Source: Nitrosopumilus sp. (GTDB taxonomy: Archaea; Thermoproteota; Nitrososphaeria; Nitrososphaerales; Nitrosopumilaceae). From it: a DNA stretch of 64,000 bases. Both the position numbers and the translations under genes were made by a program. The notes below the pieces were generated by a model. The model saw only the letters and a program-made list of their open reading frames with translations, did not search any database and had not been told where the DNA came from. The stretch's first letter is position 1. Every line of letters begins with the position of its first letter. Positions 20,223 through 30,414 of this stretch are shown in pieces. Location: the NCBI GenBank assembly GCA_965214775.1, contig OZ243974.1, forward strand, positions 1,376,001 through 1,440,000, written 5' to 3'.

Positions 20223-21215
20223 ATGAGTCACAGCCACAATCAAGAATTTTACAGGACCACCACGGCAAGAACCGGAAAGATGATGGCAATCATGCTGGGC
20301 ATCTGCATTGTTGGAGGAGCAATCTTCTTTGGATTGTGGGACTATTGGATTTCAGAACCGGCCCCGGTCGTTGCAATGATGGCCGGCGATACTGTCGGAA
20401 CAACCGAGGCTGCAGTTCACACCGGCGCAACAATAACATCTGATCTCTCGTTTGTCGAATCTTCGGACTTTATCACTCTGGCATTCAACGCGTTGCCAGG
20501 CGAGCCTAGCAGCAACCCGACGATCAACATGGAGGTTGGCGACAAGGTAGTCTTTAACGTAGTAAATGACGGAGTGTCGTTTCATGCATTTGGCGTAACC
20601 GGGGACACCGAGGGCTTTGGCGGAATCATCCCGGGCTCTGAGATCGCATCGCCGACAAAGCCGCTAAAAGCCGGCGAGAGCGGAACTTCGGAGTTTGTCG
20701 CAGGCGAGGAAGGAGTCTTTTATTACATATGTACGGTTCCCGGCCACAGGGAACAGGGAATGGTGGGCAAGATCATCGTAGGCGACGCAGCTATGCAAGA
20801 AGAAGAAGAAGCAGCAGCAATGAAGGAAGCAGCAGCAGCCGAGCCTGAACCAATGACGGAAAAAGCCGTAGAGCCAATGCAAGAAAAAGAGCCGGCACCT
20901 GCCCAACCGGTTGCATATGAGGGCCCAATATCGATCCCAGAGGGCTCCGGGGTTCCCGGATGCCAGGAAACTGACGAGTGCTATATCCCGTTTCATGTGG
21001 CTGCCCCTGCAGGAACCGAGATAGTCTGGTCAAATGACGACACTGCAGCCCACACGGTTACAAGCGGAAGTCCGCAAGACGGTCCTGATGGAATGTTTGA
21101 CAGCGGTCTGCTTGCAGGCGGGCTTGAATTCTCAACAGTCTTAGAGGAGCCAGGAGAGTACCCCTATTATTGTATAGTTCATCCATGGATGCTTGGCAAC
21201 ATCACAGTAGAATAG
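20223..21215 (+). CDS. Membrane-anchored blue copper protein with two cupredoxin domains
   Basis: H...CTVPGHREQGM and HTVTS...CIVHPWM type-1 Cu sites separated by an A/E/P linker. Confidence 0.88.
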   Translation: MSHSHNQEFYRTTTARTGKMMAIMLGICIVGGAIFFGLWDYWISEPAPVVAMMAGDTVGTTEAAVHTGATITSDLSFVESSDFITLAFNALPGEPSSNPTINMEVGDKVVFNVVNDGVSFHAFGVTGDTEGFGGIIPGSEIASPTKPLKAGESGTSEFVAGEEGVFYYICTVPGHREQGMVGKIIVGDAAMQEEEEAAAMKEAAAAEPEPMTEKAVEPMQEKEPAPAQPVAYEGPISIPEGSGVPGCQETDECYIPFHVAAPAGTEIVWSNDDTAAHTVTSGSPQDGPDGMFDSGLLAGGLEFSTVLEEPGEYPYYCIVHPWMLGNITVE

Positions 21216-21222
21216 AAGAGTC

Positions 21223-21666
21223 TTGGCCATTCAATATCTTGCCCTAGCAACCATGATAGTCCTGTATTCGCTAATGTTCTTGGGCGGATACATCTCGGCG
21301 GCCGGACTTGGCCTGACATGCCCCGAGTGGCCTCTGTGCCCAAACGGGATCATGCCTTCTGAAGAGTACCTCATCGAGTGGATTCATAGGCTGGCAGCAG
21401 CCACCACCGGTGCCTTGGTTGTTGCCACGATGGTGGCAGCCCTGATCAACAAAAACTCCGAGACAAAAATCAAGGTTACAAGCTCTCTTGCAACCGTCTT
21501 TGTAATTACGCAAATTACGCTTGGCGCGTTGGTGATCGACACCAAACTTCACGCGGTTCTGGTTGCAATCCACCTGGGAATCGGAATTCTGCTGTTCTCC
21601 ATGGTGTTGCTGACAACGCTGTTTGCATTCAGACTGGCAAAAAGCTCGCTTGCCGCTAGGGTCTAG
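21223..21666 (+). CDS. ctaA: Heme A synthase (CtaA/COX15, half-size)
   Basis: GLxCPEWPLC, EWxHR, QxxLG...H. Confidence 0.88.
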   Translation: MAIQYLALATMIVLYSLMFLGGYISAAGLGLTCPEWPLCPNGIMPSEEYLIEWIHRLAAATTGALVVATMVAALINKNSETKIKVTSSLATVFVITQITLGALVIDTKLHAVLVAIHLGIGILLFSMVLLTTLFAFRLAKSSLAARV

Positions 21667-22174
21667 ATTTTTTTAGCATCTTTGGGACGTAGATGTATCC
21701 CATCACTCCTGCAAAAACCAGCGCTCCGACAGTGATTGCACTTATGAAGATGTATCCAAACGGACTCTGAGTTCCCATGTTAAACTTGTATGAAATTACA
21801 TCTCCGGGACGGTCCATGTCATACAGGTAAATCTCCACAATGTGGTTCCCCTGCGTTCTCCAGACATAGTCAAAGTCCCAGTGGCCACCCTTGATGGGGG
21901 TTGGGGGGACTGCATCTACCTGTTTTCCGTTAAAGAAAAATTTTATTGCCATCGTGAATCTGTCTACCTCTTCAAAGTTGGCATCAGTGACCTTGACTAA
22001 AAACTGTGAGGGTTCGTCTATTTGAGGAAATTCCGGCGCAGTGGCTACCTGGACCCTGTATCCTGAGTGGAACTTTTCAGCGGAATTAAACATAGAGTGG
22101 GCATAAGAGTCATCGAGGATCGGCAAAATTACCAGCAAGGCAAAGATCAGAAAGACAGATCGACACTTGGACAT
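21656..22174 (-). CDS. Exported protein with C-terminal membrane anchor
   Basis: Signal peptide ending YAH; C-terminal TM helix. Confidence 0.75.
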   Translation of the reverse strand: MSKCRSVFLIFALLVILPILDDSYAHSMFNSAEKFHSGYRVQVATAPEFPQIDEPSQFLVKVTDANFEEVDRFTMAIKFFFNGKQVDAVPPTPIKGGHWDFDYVWRTQGNHIVEIYLYDMDRPGDVISYKFNMGTQSPFGYIFISAITVGALVFAGVMGYIYVPKMLKKSRP

Positions 22175-22248
22175 TATGATTATCGTGGATATACGAAGAA
22201 TATATTGTAAGCCAATTCCTCAGAAATCTTTTGTCTCATACTAAAATC

Positions 22249-22456
22249 GGGGCTGTTTCCTAATTTCATTTATAGCAACGAGCAGAAATAATTGAGGTTT
22301 TTTACGTGTAGTTATAACCTGCTTTGACTCAACGACTTCTGTCCGTTGCTATACCTGACTCTGCACGTTTTTCTGAATTTCCGCCCCTTTGCACGCCTGA
22401 TCCATGTGGCATCCCAGCGGTTTTCAGGAATTCTGATGAATTAGGAAACAACCACG
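22249..22456. mobile_element. MITE of the GGGGTTGTTTCCTAATTC family with a nested 83-bp MITE (22271-22353, TIR TATAGCAACGRRCAGAA)
   Basis: Outer TIRs match IS 40280-41418; the inner element has an inverted copy at 56639-56723. Confidence 0.75.
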
Positions 22457-22473
22457 TGCATATGACATCATTT

Positions 22474-23103
22474 CTATTCAATCACCGGCAGGTCTTTTAT
22501 GGATTTTTTATATGTTTTAGCCAGTGCGGAGTTTCTGTCATAAATTGACTGTAGCGTTGAGATGAGATGAGCCAGACTATGCTGAGAAAATTCAGACGAT
22601 ATTGTTTTTGTATCATCATCATCAAGACCAAACGTGATTCTAGTAACAGGAATATAACAGATGGTTCTGTAGGAATGATCTTCTACCTCTAGTAGCGTGC
22701 TGTTGTCGCTTATAATATCCAATGCTTGGAATTCAAACAGGTTTCCACAAACATGATACTGAACTTCCAAGCCACGCAGTCCTTTGTCATTTAATTTGGA
22801 AAAAAAATACCTGATAGATTTCTTGGCTTTTGATGTGAGGTTTGACTTTGTTAGGAGGGCATGAGCAATGTCTTTGCTTTGAAAATATTCGTGAGAAACA
22901 CAACAAAGGGGAAATACATGCACCTCAGCAAGGCCACAATCGCTTTCATATCCAAGCATCTCGGCAAGTTTTTTGAGCGGTGTGTTATAGCCGGTTTTAT
23001 TGTAGGTGCTGATCAATGCGTTTAGTTGTTTTTGATTGACTCCAAAAACCTTCTCCAACTCAGATCTAAAATAATTAAACGGGTTATTCAGATCTTTTGT
23101 CAT
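22474..23103 (-). CDS. Hypothetical protein
   Basis: 209-aa ORF flanked by MITEs. Confidence 0.6.
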   Translation of the reverse strand: MTKDLNNPFNYFRSELEKVFGVNQKQLNALISTYNKTGYNTPLKKLAEMLGYESDCGLAEVHVFPLCCVSHEYFQSKDIAHALLTKSNLTSKAKKSIRYFFSKLNDKGLRGLEVQYHVCGNLFEFQALDIISDNSTLLEVEDHSYRTICYIPVTRITFGLDDDDTKTISSEFSQHSLAHLISTLQSIYDRNSALAKTYKKSIKDLPVIE

Positions 23104-23407
23104 TGTCCCATATACAAGAGGTCATTTATGAATATAAGGGGTGCATGTGGTGTAGTCTTGCAAAACTTCCTTTTTCGTCAAAAACTTCCTGATTTCGATC
23201 ATAAATAGATCCAAAATCAACTGTGATTTTTATCCGGATTTGTCATTTAGGACGAATTCAAGTAAAAAATCGAGTTATGCAACAAATAGTCTTTCCAGAT
23301 GTACACGACTCGTGTAAGTGGAGACGGCGACATGCGGATCTGCAGGAAGCTTAATTTGGGCTGTTTCAAGATTGGAGCCGTTTTCCGGGTTACTTTTGGG
23401 AAGACTG

Positions 23408-23661
23408 ACGGGGAGATCCAGCGCAAGCTGCACGAGTTCGAGGAGATCATGATGAGAAAGAGCGACTCGATAGACCTGTTCATGCAGTGGTACAATCACG
23501 ACAGGCCCCACAGGTCGCTGGACTGGGACAATCAGGAGACGCCCGCCCAGGCATTTCTCAGAAAGATGCCCAAGGAGGAGGAAACCGTTATTGACGGGCA
23601 GACAGGAGAGGAGTATGATGTCAGATAAAAGGGGGGGGCGAACTACTTTCTGGATCCCACA
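23408..23661 (+). pseudogene. 3' remnant and right end of the IS481-family element (copy of ~33523-33773)
   Basis: GEIQRKLHEFEE...EEYDVR and the terminal ctactttctggatcccaca are nearly identical to the intact copy. Confidence 0.9.
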
Positions 23662-23715
23662 ACCAGCTCCAATTCTTCAAAACCTTTAAATCCTTATTGG
23701 CAAGAAACCCAATCG

Positions 23716-24321
23716 TTGACCCTCGTTACAAAATCAATTGACATCAAAACACCCGTAGAGAGTGTCTTTACCTACTTTGCAAGGCCAGAACACGTTTCTG
23801 ACCAGATCAAGTCTGATGCTGTAGTAGGCATGACAGTCGTTCCTATGGACATCAAGGAAGGCATGGGTGTGGGTACGACCTTTAGAATTATCGGCGACTT
23901 TGGCGGCAAGCGTCTAGAGTGGGATTGTGAGACAACCGAGTTTGTCAGAAATGAGAGAATCTCTGCCAAACAAATCAAAGGCCCATTCAAGAAATGGCAA
24001 ATTACCAACGAGTTCAAAGCCCTAGGTAACGCCGTCACAAGAGTAACCATGTCCGTAGACTATGAAATGCCGTTTGGCCCGTTAGGGGCAATTATTAACA
24101 AGGCAAAATTTGCCAAGTCTGCCGAAAGAGGAATGGAAACCGCGCTTTACAACGTTAGAGGCTTACTTGAAGGAAACGGCTCAATTCCGGTATACATCAC
24201 CTTGGATGCATACCAAAAACTTTTGGCCGAAAAGAAAAAGATGAATGATGTTCCGGTTTCAACTGCACTTACGGCAATCCTGGAAAAATACAACGAAATT
24301 GAAGCAAAAACCCAAAACTAA
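23716..24321 (+). CDS. SRPBCC/polyketide cyclase-like protein
   Basis: SIDIKTPVESVF...GPFKKW...VDYEMPFG START-fold pattern. Confidence 0.8.
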   Translation: MTLVTKSIDIKTPVESVFTYFARPEHVSDQIKSDAVVGMTVVPMDIKEGMGVGTTFRIIGDFGGKRLEWDCETTEFVRNERISAKQIKGPFKKWQITNEFKALGNAVTRVTMSVDYEMPFGPLGAIINKAKFAKSAERGMETALYNVRGLLEGNGSIPVYITLDAYQKLLAEKKKMNDVPVSTALTAILEKYNEIEAKTQN

Positions 24322-24379
24322 ACTTTCATTTGTTTCCAAATCTCAAGATTAATAACAACTTGTACATGACTATTTTGGT

Positions 24380-24453
24380 GGGTCTGTGGCGCAGCCAGGT
24401 AGCGCACAGGACTCTTAATCCTGCTGTCGTGGGTTCGAATCCCATCAGACCCG
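24380..24453 (+). tRNA. tRNA-Lys(CTT), integration target
   Basis: GGGTCTG/CAGACCC acceptor stem, CAGGA-CTCTTAA-TCCTG anticodon arm, GGTTCGAATCC. Confidence 0.95.
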
Positions 24454-24497
24454 CCTACCTTCCACTGATTAAAATAGACCCAAAACCATATTGATAT

Positions 24498-25703
24498 ATG
24501 AAGGTAGATCTGGAGTCCATCACGGATGGAGGCGATCCCTATGAGATGTTCGTCAGCAGCATACGCGATGCCGAAACGAGGAGAAAGTACAAGTCGTATC
24601 TGAGGCAGTTTCTTGCAGAGGTACCGGACAATGTGTACGGGACGGTCTCTGGCACTGCTGACAAGTCCGTGGAAGGGCAGGCAAGGCTGTTCGTCCGGAT
24701 TGCCGAGAGGAATCCCAAGCTTGCATCGGGGGTGATTGTCGAGTACATCAAGCTGCACAAGGGCAGGGTTGAGAGTGGCGACATGAACCCGAACACGCTC
24801 CCAAACCTGATCAAACCGATTCGGGCACTGCTTGACTCCAACGGAGTCGCGCTTCACTGGAAGAGTATACGCAAGATGTATCCGAGACCGACCAGAACGG
24901 AGGACAGGGGATACACAAAAAACGAGATACAGAGAATGATGGAGAACGGCCACGACCTGACAGACAAGGTTATCCTTACCGTGTTCTCATCGGCAGGGTT
25001 CCGCGTGGAGGCATGGGAATACCTGTGCTGGAAGGATGTCAAGTTCTTCAAAAACGACGACGGCACGTTCAGGGGCGCAGCACTGCTGATATACCGCGGG
25101 GATCCGGAGAGATACTACACGTTCATCACGCCGGAGGCATGCCAGTATCTTGACATGTACCGGGAAAGATGGAAAAACGACATAGGCAGGTATCCTGCAC
25201 CAGACGATCCGCTGTTGCGGGTCACGACCCAGATAACCGTAAAACAGCTGAACTCAAAGGGAGTCAAATCCAGGATCACGAACCTTGCGCGGGAGGCCGG
25301 ACTGCGGCCAAAGCTTCCAGACGGTAAAAGAAGACATACGGTGCCGCTTGACCACGGCTTTAGAAAGTACTTTAACACGATGATGAGACGCGCAAAGGTA
25401 AATTACCTAGACAAAGAGGATATGATGGGTCACACCACGGGACTGGAAAAGCACTACGAGCGGTACAACGAGGAGGACTTTGAAAGATTCCCAGAGTACC
25501 AAAAGGCCATCCCATTTCTCACCATATCCGACGAGGAGAGAATCAGGGCCGAAAATCAGAGGCTTGAGATGGAAAAGTCATCTGCAGATCACAGGACAAG
25601 CCTGGAAAATCAGGCACTCTTGAAGGAAATCCGGGAGATGAAGGAGGATCTGGCCAAGGTAAAGAAAAGACAGGAGGTAGCAGAAAGGTATGAAAAAAAG
25701 TAA
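24498..25703 (+). CDS. Tyrosine recombinase/integrase
   Basis: Catalytic R (GFRVEA), HGFRK, MGH, Y (KHY); starts 44 bp after the tRNA. Confidence 0.92.
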   Translation: MKVDLESITDGGDPYEMFVSSIRDAETRRKYKSYLRQFLAEVPDNVYGTVSGTADKSVEGQARLFVRIAERNPKLASGVIVEYIKLHKGRVESGDMNPNTLPNLIKPIRALLDSNGVALHWKSIRKMYPRPTRTEDRGYTKNEIQRMMENGHDLTDKVILTVFSSAGFRVEAWEYLCWKDVKFFKNDDGTFRGAALLIYRGDPERYYTFITPEACQYLDMYRERWKNDIGRYPAPDDPLLRVTTQITVKQLNSKGVKSRITNLAREAGLRPKLPDGKRRHTVPLDHGFRKYFNTMMRRAKVNYLDKEDMMGHTTGLEKHYERYNEEDFERFPEYQKAIPFLTISDEERIRAENQRLEMEKSSADHRTSLENQALLKEIREMKEDLAKVKKRQEVAERYEKK

Positions 25704-25710
25704 TGCAGGC

Positions 25711-26337
25711 CTATATCACATGAGGCAAGCCTGATGCGTAGTAAATGTCTGCAAGAAAGCCATGCCCGCAAAGATAGTCAATCATGTTTACTATTAGAAA
25801 AAGGGACATGCCAACCCTATTGTAGTAAACTATCTCAAGATCCAATTTATAATTTGCATCCCTACGCCCGTAAGCACCGCCAACCTCACGGACAAATATC
25901 TGTTCAGGATGTGTTAATATCATGCTTGTATAGCGATTATCCCAGATCCACCTGAAGATCTTCTTTCTTATGGAGTAATAACCGAGCAATCCCAACATTC
26001 CTTTATGCTGACACAAGAGCAGGCGAATCATGTACGGATCCCTCATGTTTGGCAGATACACGGTTGCATGCACCTCTCTGCTGTGAGAATAGTCGTTCTT
26101 GTCATCAAACGTTTGGATTATTGAATCCGTGACAGAAAACACCCTTCCCTCGTGGACAAGCTTGTCTAGGATGGGCCTCACGTTGTTTTTGTATATGCGA
26201 GTTCTTCTCCATACTTCCCTCATTCCGGATAGCTCAAAACCCATCAGCAACACCATCAATACATTGTCTTCACTCTGTCTTCTCTTCTTCCTTTGATATC
26301 TAGCCAAACCGTCTGAAATCTTTCTATCCAATACCAT
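25711..26337 (-). CDS. Hypothetical protein with possible winged-HTH
   Basis: MREVWRRTRIYKNNVRPILDKLVHEGRV resembles a wHTH. Confidence 0.55.
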   Translation of the reverse strand: MVLDRKISDGLARYQRKKRRQSEDNVLMVLLMGFELSGMREVWRRTRIYKNNVRPILDKLVHEGRVFSVTDSIIQTFDDKNDYSHSREVHATVYLPNMRDPYMIRLLLCQHKGMLGLLGYYSIRKKIFRWIWDNRYTSMILTHPEQIFVREVGGAYGRRDANYKLDLEIVYYNRVGMSLFLIVNMIDYLCGHGFLADIYYASGLPHVI

Positions 26338-26529
26338 ACCACATTATGACAATAGTTCTGTTATGCTAATATGTGTTGAAATAAACATGGCATTCCTCGT
26401 ACAATTTTCCGCCCGGCAAATGCCGGAAATCCGACATTTGGGATACTATTTTGCCATATGGACTCTATTCAAACTATTTCACATGTGTTATCAGAGATCA
26501 AAGTCTGTACTTCTGGAGGCGTCGCTACA

Positions 26530-26769
26530 ATGAGCAACGGATCTGTTCCTACCTTTGCATGCGGATGCAAGCAGCCAAAAGAACAACGCCGTTTGAGGCT
26601 TGACGGGGGTTCTGCAGGTTTATACGATCTTGAGCTGTGCATGGAATGCTACAGGAAAGAAGACAGGCAGTTTGTCGTATCTGATGTGCCGATGTCCTCC
26701 ACTGCAGGAGGGTTCCGTCCCAAGACAAAGCAGGTACATGAAACCGACGGCGGGGAGAAAAAAGGTTGA
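26530..26769 (+). CDS. Small Zn-finger-like protein
   Basis: CGC...LCMECY pattern; start uncertain. Confidence 0.45.
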   Translation: MSNGSVPTFACGCKQPKEQRRLRLDGGSAGLYDLELCMECYRKEDRQFVVSDVPMSSTAGGFRPKTKQVHETDGGEKKG

Positions 26770-26824
26770 GTCGGAAAAATACGGTATCATCTGCACAACA
26801 GGCAACAGGGGCTGAGACAGAAAA

Positions 26825-27571
26825 ATGACCGGCAGGCATCATCACCAACATCACCATCCTCCAATCAACAGGCCAAAATCAAAAAAGGTATGGGATCTCT
26901 TCAAGATGCGTGACAAAAACCAGAATGGTGTCATCATATGCACACTGTGCGGCCAGCCAGAGGAATACAATGATGATGACGGTAACAACGACTACAAACT
27001 GACGATAGGACACATAAACTATCCAAGCCCGGAATACGAGCATCTATACAACTCAAATGACGAGGTAAACCTAACGCCTCAGCACTCTAGGTGCAACAGG
27101 CTGCTGCAGGGAAGAGACTTCTACGCCGACAAGAAGGCAAATCTCCTTGAAACCCTCAAAAAGAACATTGAGTTCTCAAAGTCCAAAAAAATGTACAACC
27201 TGGAATTTGCGCGCCAAAACTCTGTGACTGACGATCCCTCATCGGTACAGAACAGAAAGTCAAAGAAATACGATTCTGTCTGCGGCCAGTACCTCACAGA
27301 ATACCTCGATGCAGACACTGACAAAATTCCCTGGGATACTGCTGTACATGACATAGAAGGAATCTGCATGTCAAACTTTGGATTTGGAAACTCTGTAAGC
27401 GTAGCCCGCCACCTCAAAAAGATCTGCAATCGATTCTATATGCGGTACGTAACAGAGGAGGACGAGAATGGCACAGACTATATACGCAAAATGAGGCCTG
27501 ACGAAAGGCAAAAGATGGGGAAAAACCTGGATAAGTTCAGGACCGACAAAAACCTTCATCCTGACACCTGA
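26825..27571 (+). CDS. HNH-like Zn-binding endonuclease with C-terminal helical domain
   Basis: RD...CTLCG...TIGHI...N...NL...HSRCN. Confidence 0.7.
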   Translation: MTGRHHHQHHHPPINRPKSKKVWDLFKMRDKNQNGVIICTLCGQPEEYNDDDGNNDYKLTIGHINYPSPEYEHLYNSNDEVNLTPQHSRCNRLLQGRDFYADKKANLLETLKKNIEFSKSKKMYNLEFARQNSVTDDPSSVQNRKSKKYDSVCGQYLTEYLDADTDKIPWDTAVHDIEGICMSNFGFGNSVSVARHLKKICNRFYMRYVTEEDENGTDYIRKMRPDERQKMGKNLDKFRTDKNLHPDT

Positions 27572-27993
27572 TAGCCTGATTTTTTCACACACACAGAATT
27601 TTTTTTGTTTTTTGGTTCTGTCACACTTCTGTGCATTACTTTGTTATGGATTTTGCAGCATTTTGACCGTTTTCTTGAAATTTCTTAGACGTGTATGCAT
27701 GAGTGTGTGTGAGTGTGTGTGAAAAGGCTGTTTGGGTGATGGCACCAGCATCAACAACCACGGCATGTCTTCCCAAAACCTGCAGTCCACACCTGTACAT
27801 CATCATACAGTAACTGTAGAGGCGTAAAGAAGACAGACAGCAACAGGATGGCCAGGTGGGCGAGGTAGTCAAGTCGCAACATGCTTGCAGACGGGATCTC
27901 GCCGCTTGCCCTGCTTGGCACCGCTGCCGGTGAGGATCACCAGAGCGTGCCAGGCAAGATCCGGGCAAAAATACCCGAATTATGGCCGAAACT

Positions 27994-28238
27994 GGGGTTG
28001 TCGCCTAATTCCAGTAACTGATCGGGTTCTGGAAGCCGTTTCTGATTTCAGGCACAAGTTCTCTGATCGACATCCATTAGTGACAAAATTCATGCCTGAA
28101 CTTCCAGAGCCCGACCTGTTACTAATTCCACTTGTTTGGCTCAATCTGCACATTTTTCTGAATTTCCGCCTTTTGTACGCCTGATCCACTGACATCTCAG
28201 CGGTTTTCAGGAATTCTGATGAATTAGGCGACAACCCC
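27994..28238. mobile_element. MITE (TIR GGGGTTGTCGCCTAATTC, 9-bp TSD GCCGAAACT) containing a nested IS66-type MITE at 28014-28122 (8-bp TSD TAATTCCA)
   Basis: TIRs and both TSDs read directly. Confidence 0.9.
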
Positions 28239-28531
28239 GCCGAAACTATATAAAAAATAGTCAAGAAGGGGGGGGGGGTTCTAATTAGCTACTTGAATGC
28301 TGCCTAATTAGCTACTTGGCTGATTCTGCGTCCGTAGGAGTGTTCTAATTAGCTACTTGAATGCTGTCTAATTGATTAGATACTTCAATTATGATTAAAT
28401 TTCCACTCTCATTTGACTGAAACATGGGCGAATACGTGCGTAAAATACCCGTTAACCCCTCCCCCTTCAACTACCTGCAAAAACAAATCGTGGATATCAG
28501 CGATATGAACTAACAAAGTATCCAGATTACA

Positions 28532-28641
28532 GTAACAACTCGGGCTCTGGAAGCTGTTCCTGATTTCAGGCACGAATCTTTCTGGGAGGGCCACCTAATG
28601 TGGCAAAACTCACGCTGAACTTCCAGAGACTGAACTGTTAC
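28532..28641. mobile_element. IS66-type MITE (TIR GTAACAxxTCGGGCTCTGGAAG); family copies ~3296-3390, 4720-4908, 6170-6262, 11900-12000, 56365-56435, 56902-57012, 57150-57232
   Basis: Terminal inverted repeats; shared core tgcctgaacttccagag. Confidence 0.8.
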
Positions 28642-29183
28642 CAAGAAGGGAGGATGTTCTAATTAGCTACTTGAATGCTACCCAACTGATTAGCTACTTC
28701 AATTATTCTGCAAAGTCTCAAAAAATAGGAGAATCACACCCCGAATCCCCTCGTAAAAAAGGACTGCAGACCCCCCCTCTCACGCCTAATCCAAGGCCGC
28801 CCAGAATAAAGGCAGGTACGCGAAAGGAACTGGTTGCAAGATACGTGGCACACAGGATCTTATTTCACTCCACCGTTTGCGCAGACTGGCAAGATCGTCG
28901 CCGCATCTGTTTGCGTTCCTAGAGCATGATAACGTGTATCCCACAAACAACGGCGCAGAGTGTGCCCTCCATTACACCGTCGTCTTCCGCAAGATAAGCT
29001 GACAGATCAAGGAAGTGGAACTCTGGATGAGAAGCTAGTCGTGGTTTATGACGTGCATACTAACGTGGAGTACAAGGGGCAAATCCATGGCAGACGATGT
29101 CATGAAGCTAGTTTAGGGATGTGATCCCATATGACTAACGGAAACTGAAAATATTTTAGGCAGGAGTAAAAATCAATAGTATC

Positions 29184-29609
29184 ATGGCTCCTCCAACTCT
29201 CAATCTTCTTCCTGCATCGCCTCCAGCCGTCAATCCCAATGACAAAGGATACTGGTGCTGTACATGTCTGCGATGCGGCTATGTGTGGCTGTCGCGCCTC
29301 CAGCCGCGCCTCCAGCCACGCCCTCGATCATGTGCCTTGTGCAAAAGTCGTTACTGGTTCGTATCGCGAGGACAGCTCCACCGCGGACACCCTCTGGAAC
29401 CAGAGACACTCCGCAGAATTGAGGAAGAGAGGGCATTGGAGCGCGCCACAACCACAGATGAGGACCTCCGCCACCTGATGGATCTTGAGGATCAGGCCAA
29501 AGAGAGACTGGAGGCAAAAGAATCATCACAATTTCCCGCAACATGGCACCGACGTCTCTCTTCACGATTCCGCCGCCACCAAAAACCACAATCTAAAAAC
29601 ACTCCCTGA
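29184..29609 (+). CDS. Small Zn-finger protein typical of archaeal mobile elements
   Basis: CLRCGYVWLSR...PRSCALCKSRYW. Confidence 0.75.
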   Translation: MAPPTLNLLPASPPAVNPNDKGYWCCTCLRCGYVWLSRLQPRLQPRPRSCALCKSRYWFVSRGQLHRGHPLEPETLRRIEEERALERATTTDEDLRHLMDLEDQAKERLEAKESSQFPATWHRRLSSRFRRHQKPQSKNTP

Positions 29610-29883
29610 TTGGAACGTCTCACGAAGGACAACCTGCCAAATGTGGGTGGGGTCTAATTAGCTACTTGGCTGACTGCTAGAATGATTCCAATAAAGAATG
29701 AAATCTTTAGGATGTGATGGGGGTCTAATTAGCTACTTGGCTGACTGCCAGCCTGAAAAAAATTAGGCAAAAACGGAAACTAGGCAAGAAACACGATGCC
29801 TCGAACATATCCAATCGCAAAACATCTATACTAAAAACAAAAATGATCCTTCTGATTCACATTTTGCTTGGCTGTTTTTTCAA

Positions 29884-30414
29884 ATGAACTTTTTAACTTT
29901 GGCCGACTTGCCATATGCAATGGATAATCAAAATAGCGACCCCCCACCGCCGTATGACCCACGTAGCAATCATTACGCCAAGCAAAGAGCTGCAGAAGAC
30001 AAGCTAAAGTATCCCAAGAATCACCGCCTGCCGCTGGTATGCACGGCAGAGGAGGTAGACAGGAATTACGCCGAGGCAATGAATGATCTGGCGTTATGGA
30101 GGAAGACGAAACCCTCGTTCCCTGCAAATGACAATCATTATGATTATTGCAGCTATCTGCAGGCCATATGGAGAATATGGCTGCTGCACGAGATACAGCA
30201 CTCGCCAAAAAAAGAGGTATCTCTGGATCATGTAATAGATGCCGGCTCTGAGCTGTGCGATGTGAATCGTGGATCCGTGAATATCTGGACAAGAAAGGTT
30301 ATCAGCTCCGTGGGCTTTCTTGACTGGAATCCTGACACGAACATGCTTACATTGAGGACTCCTTACTGTATAGGGCCTCCAAGAACCGATCCCAATGATG
30401 TTGGTTCTCCATAA
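29884..30414 (+). CDS. Hypothetical protein with possible C-terminal wHTH
   Basis: VIDAGSELCDVNRGSVNIWTRKVISSVG helical segment; start could be 29920. Confidence 0.6.
   Translation: MNFLTLADLPYAMDNQNSDPPPPYDPRSNHYAKQRAAEDKLKYPKNHRLPLVCTAEEVDRNYAEAMNDLALWRKTKPSFPANDNHYDYCSYLQAIWRIWLLHEIQHSPKKEVSLDHVIDAGSELCDVNRGSVNIWTRKVISSVGFLDWNPDTNMLTLRTPYCIGPPRTDPNDVGSP

Larger units (their letters stand above)
28279..29748. repeat. Dispersed iterated motif CTAATTAGCTACTTG (6 exact copies plus 2 variants)
   Basis: Exact copies at ~28281, 28304, 28345, 28659, 29654, 29725; variants gattagatacttc/gattagctacttc at ~28374 and ~28688. Confidence 0.9.

Noticed and set aside
27948-27958. 11-bp match TGCCAGGCAAG between the 11053-11087 insert and the integrated element
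   Set aside because: Too short and the flanks disagree; compatible with chance, so not accepted as a protospacer.
27900-27966. Imperfect GC-rich hairpin as an ncRNA or origin
   Set aside because: Pairing is loose and it occurs once; cannot be supported without folding or covariation data.
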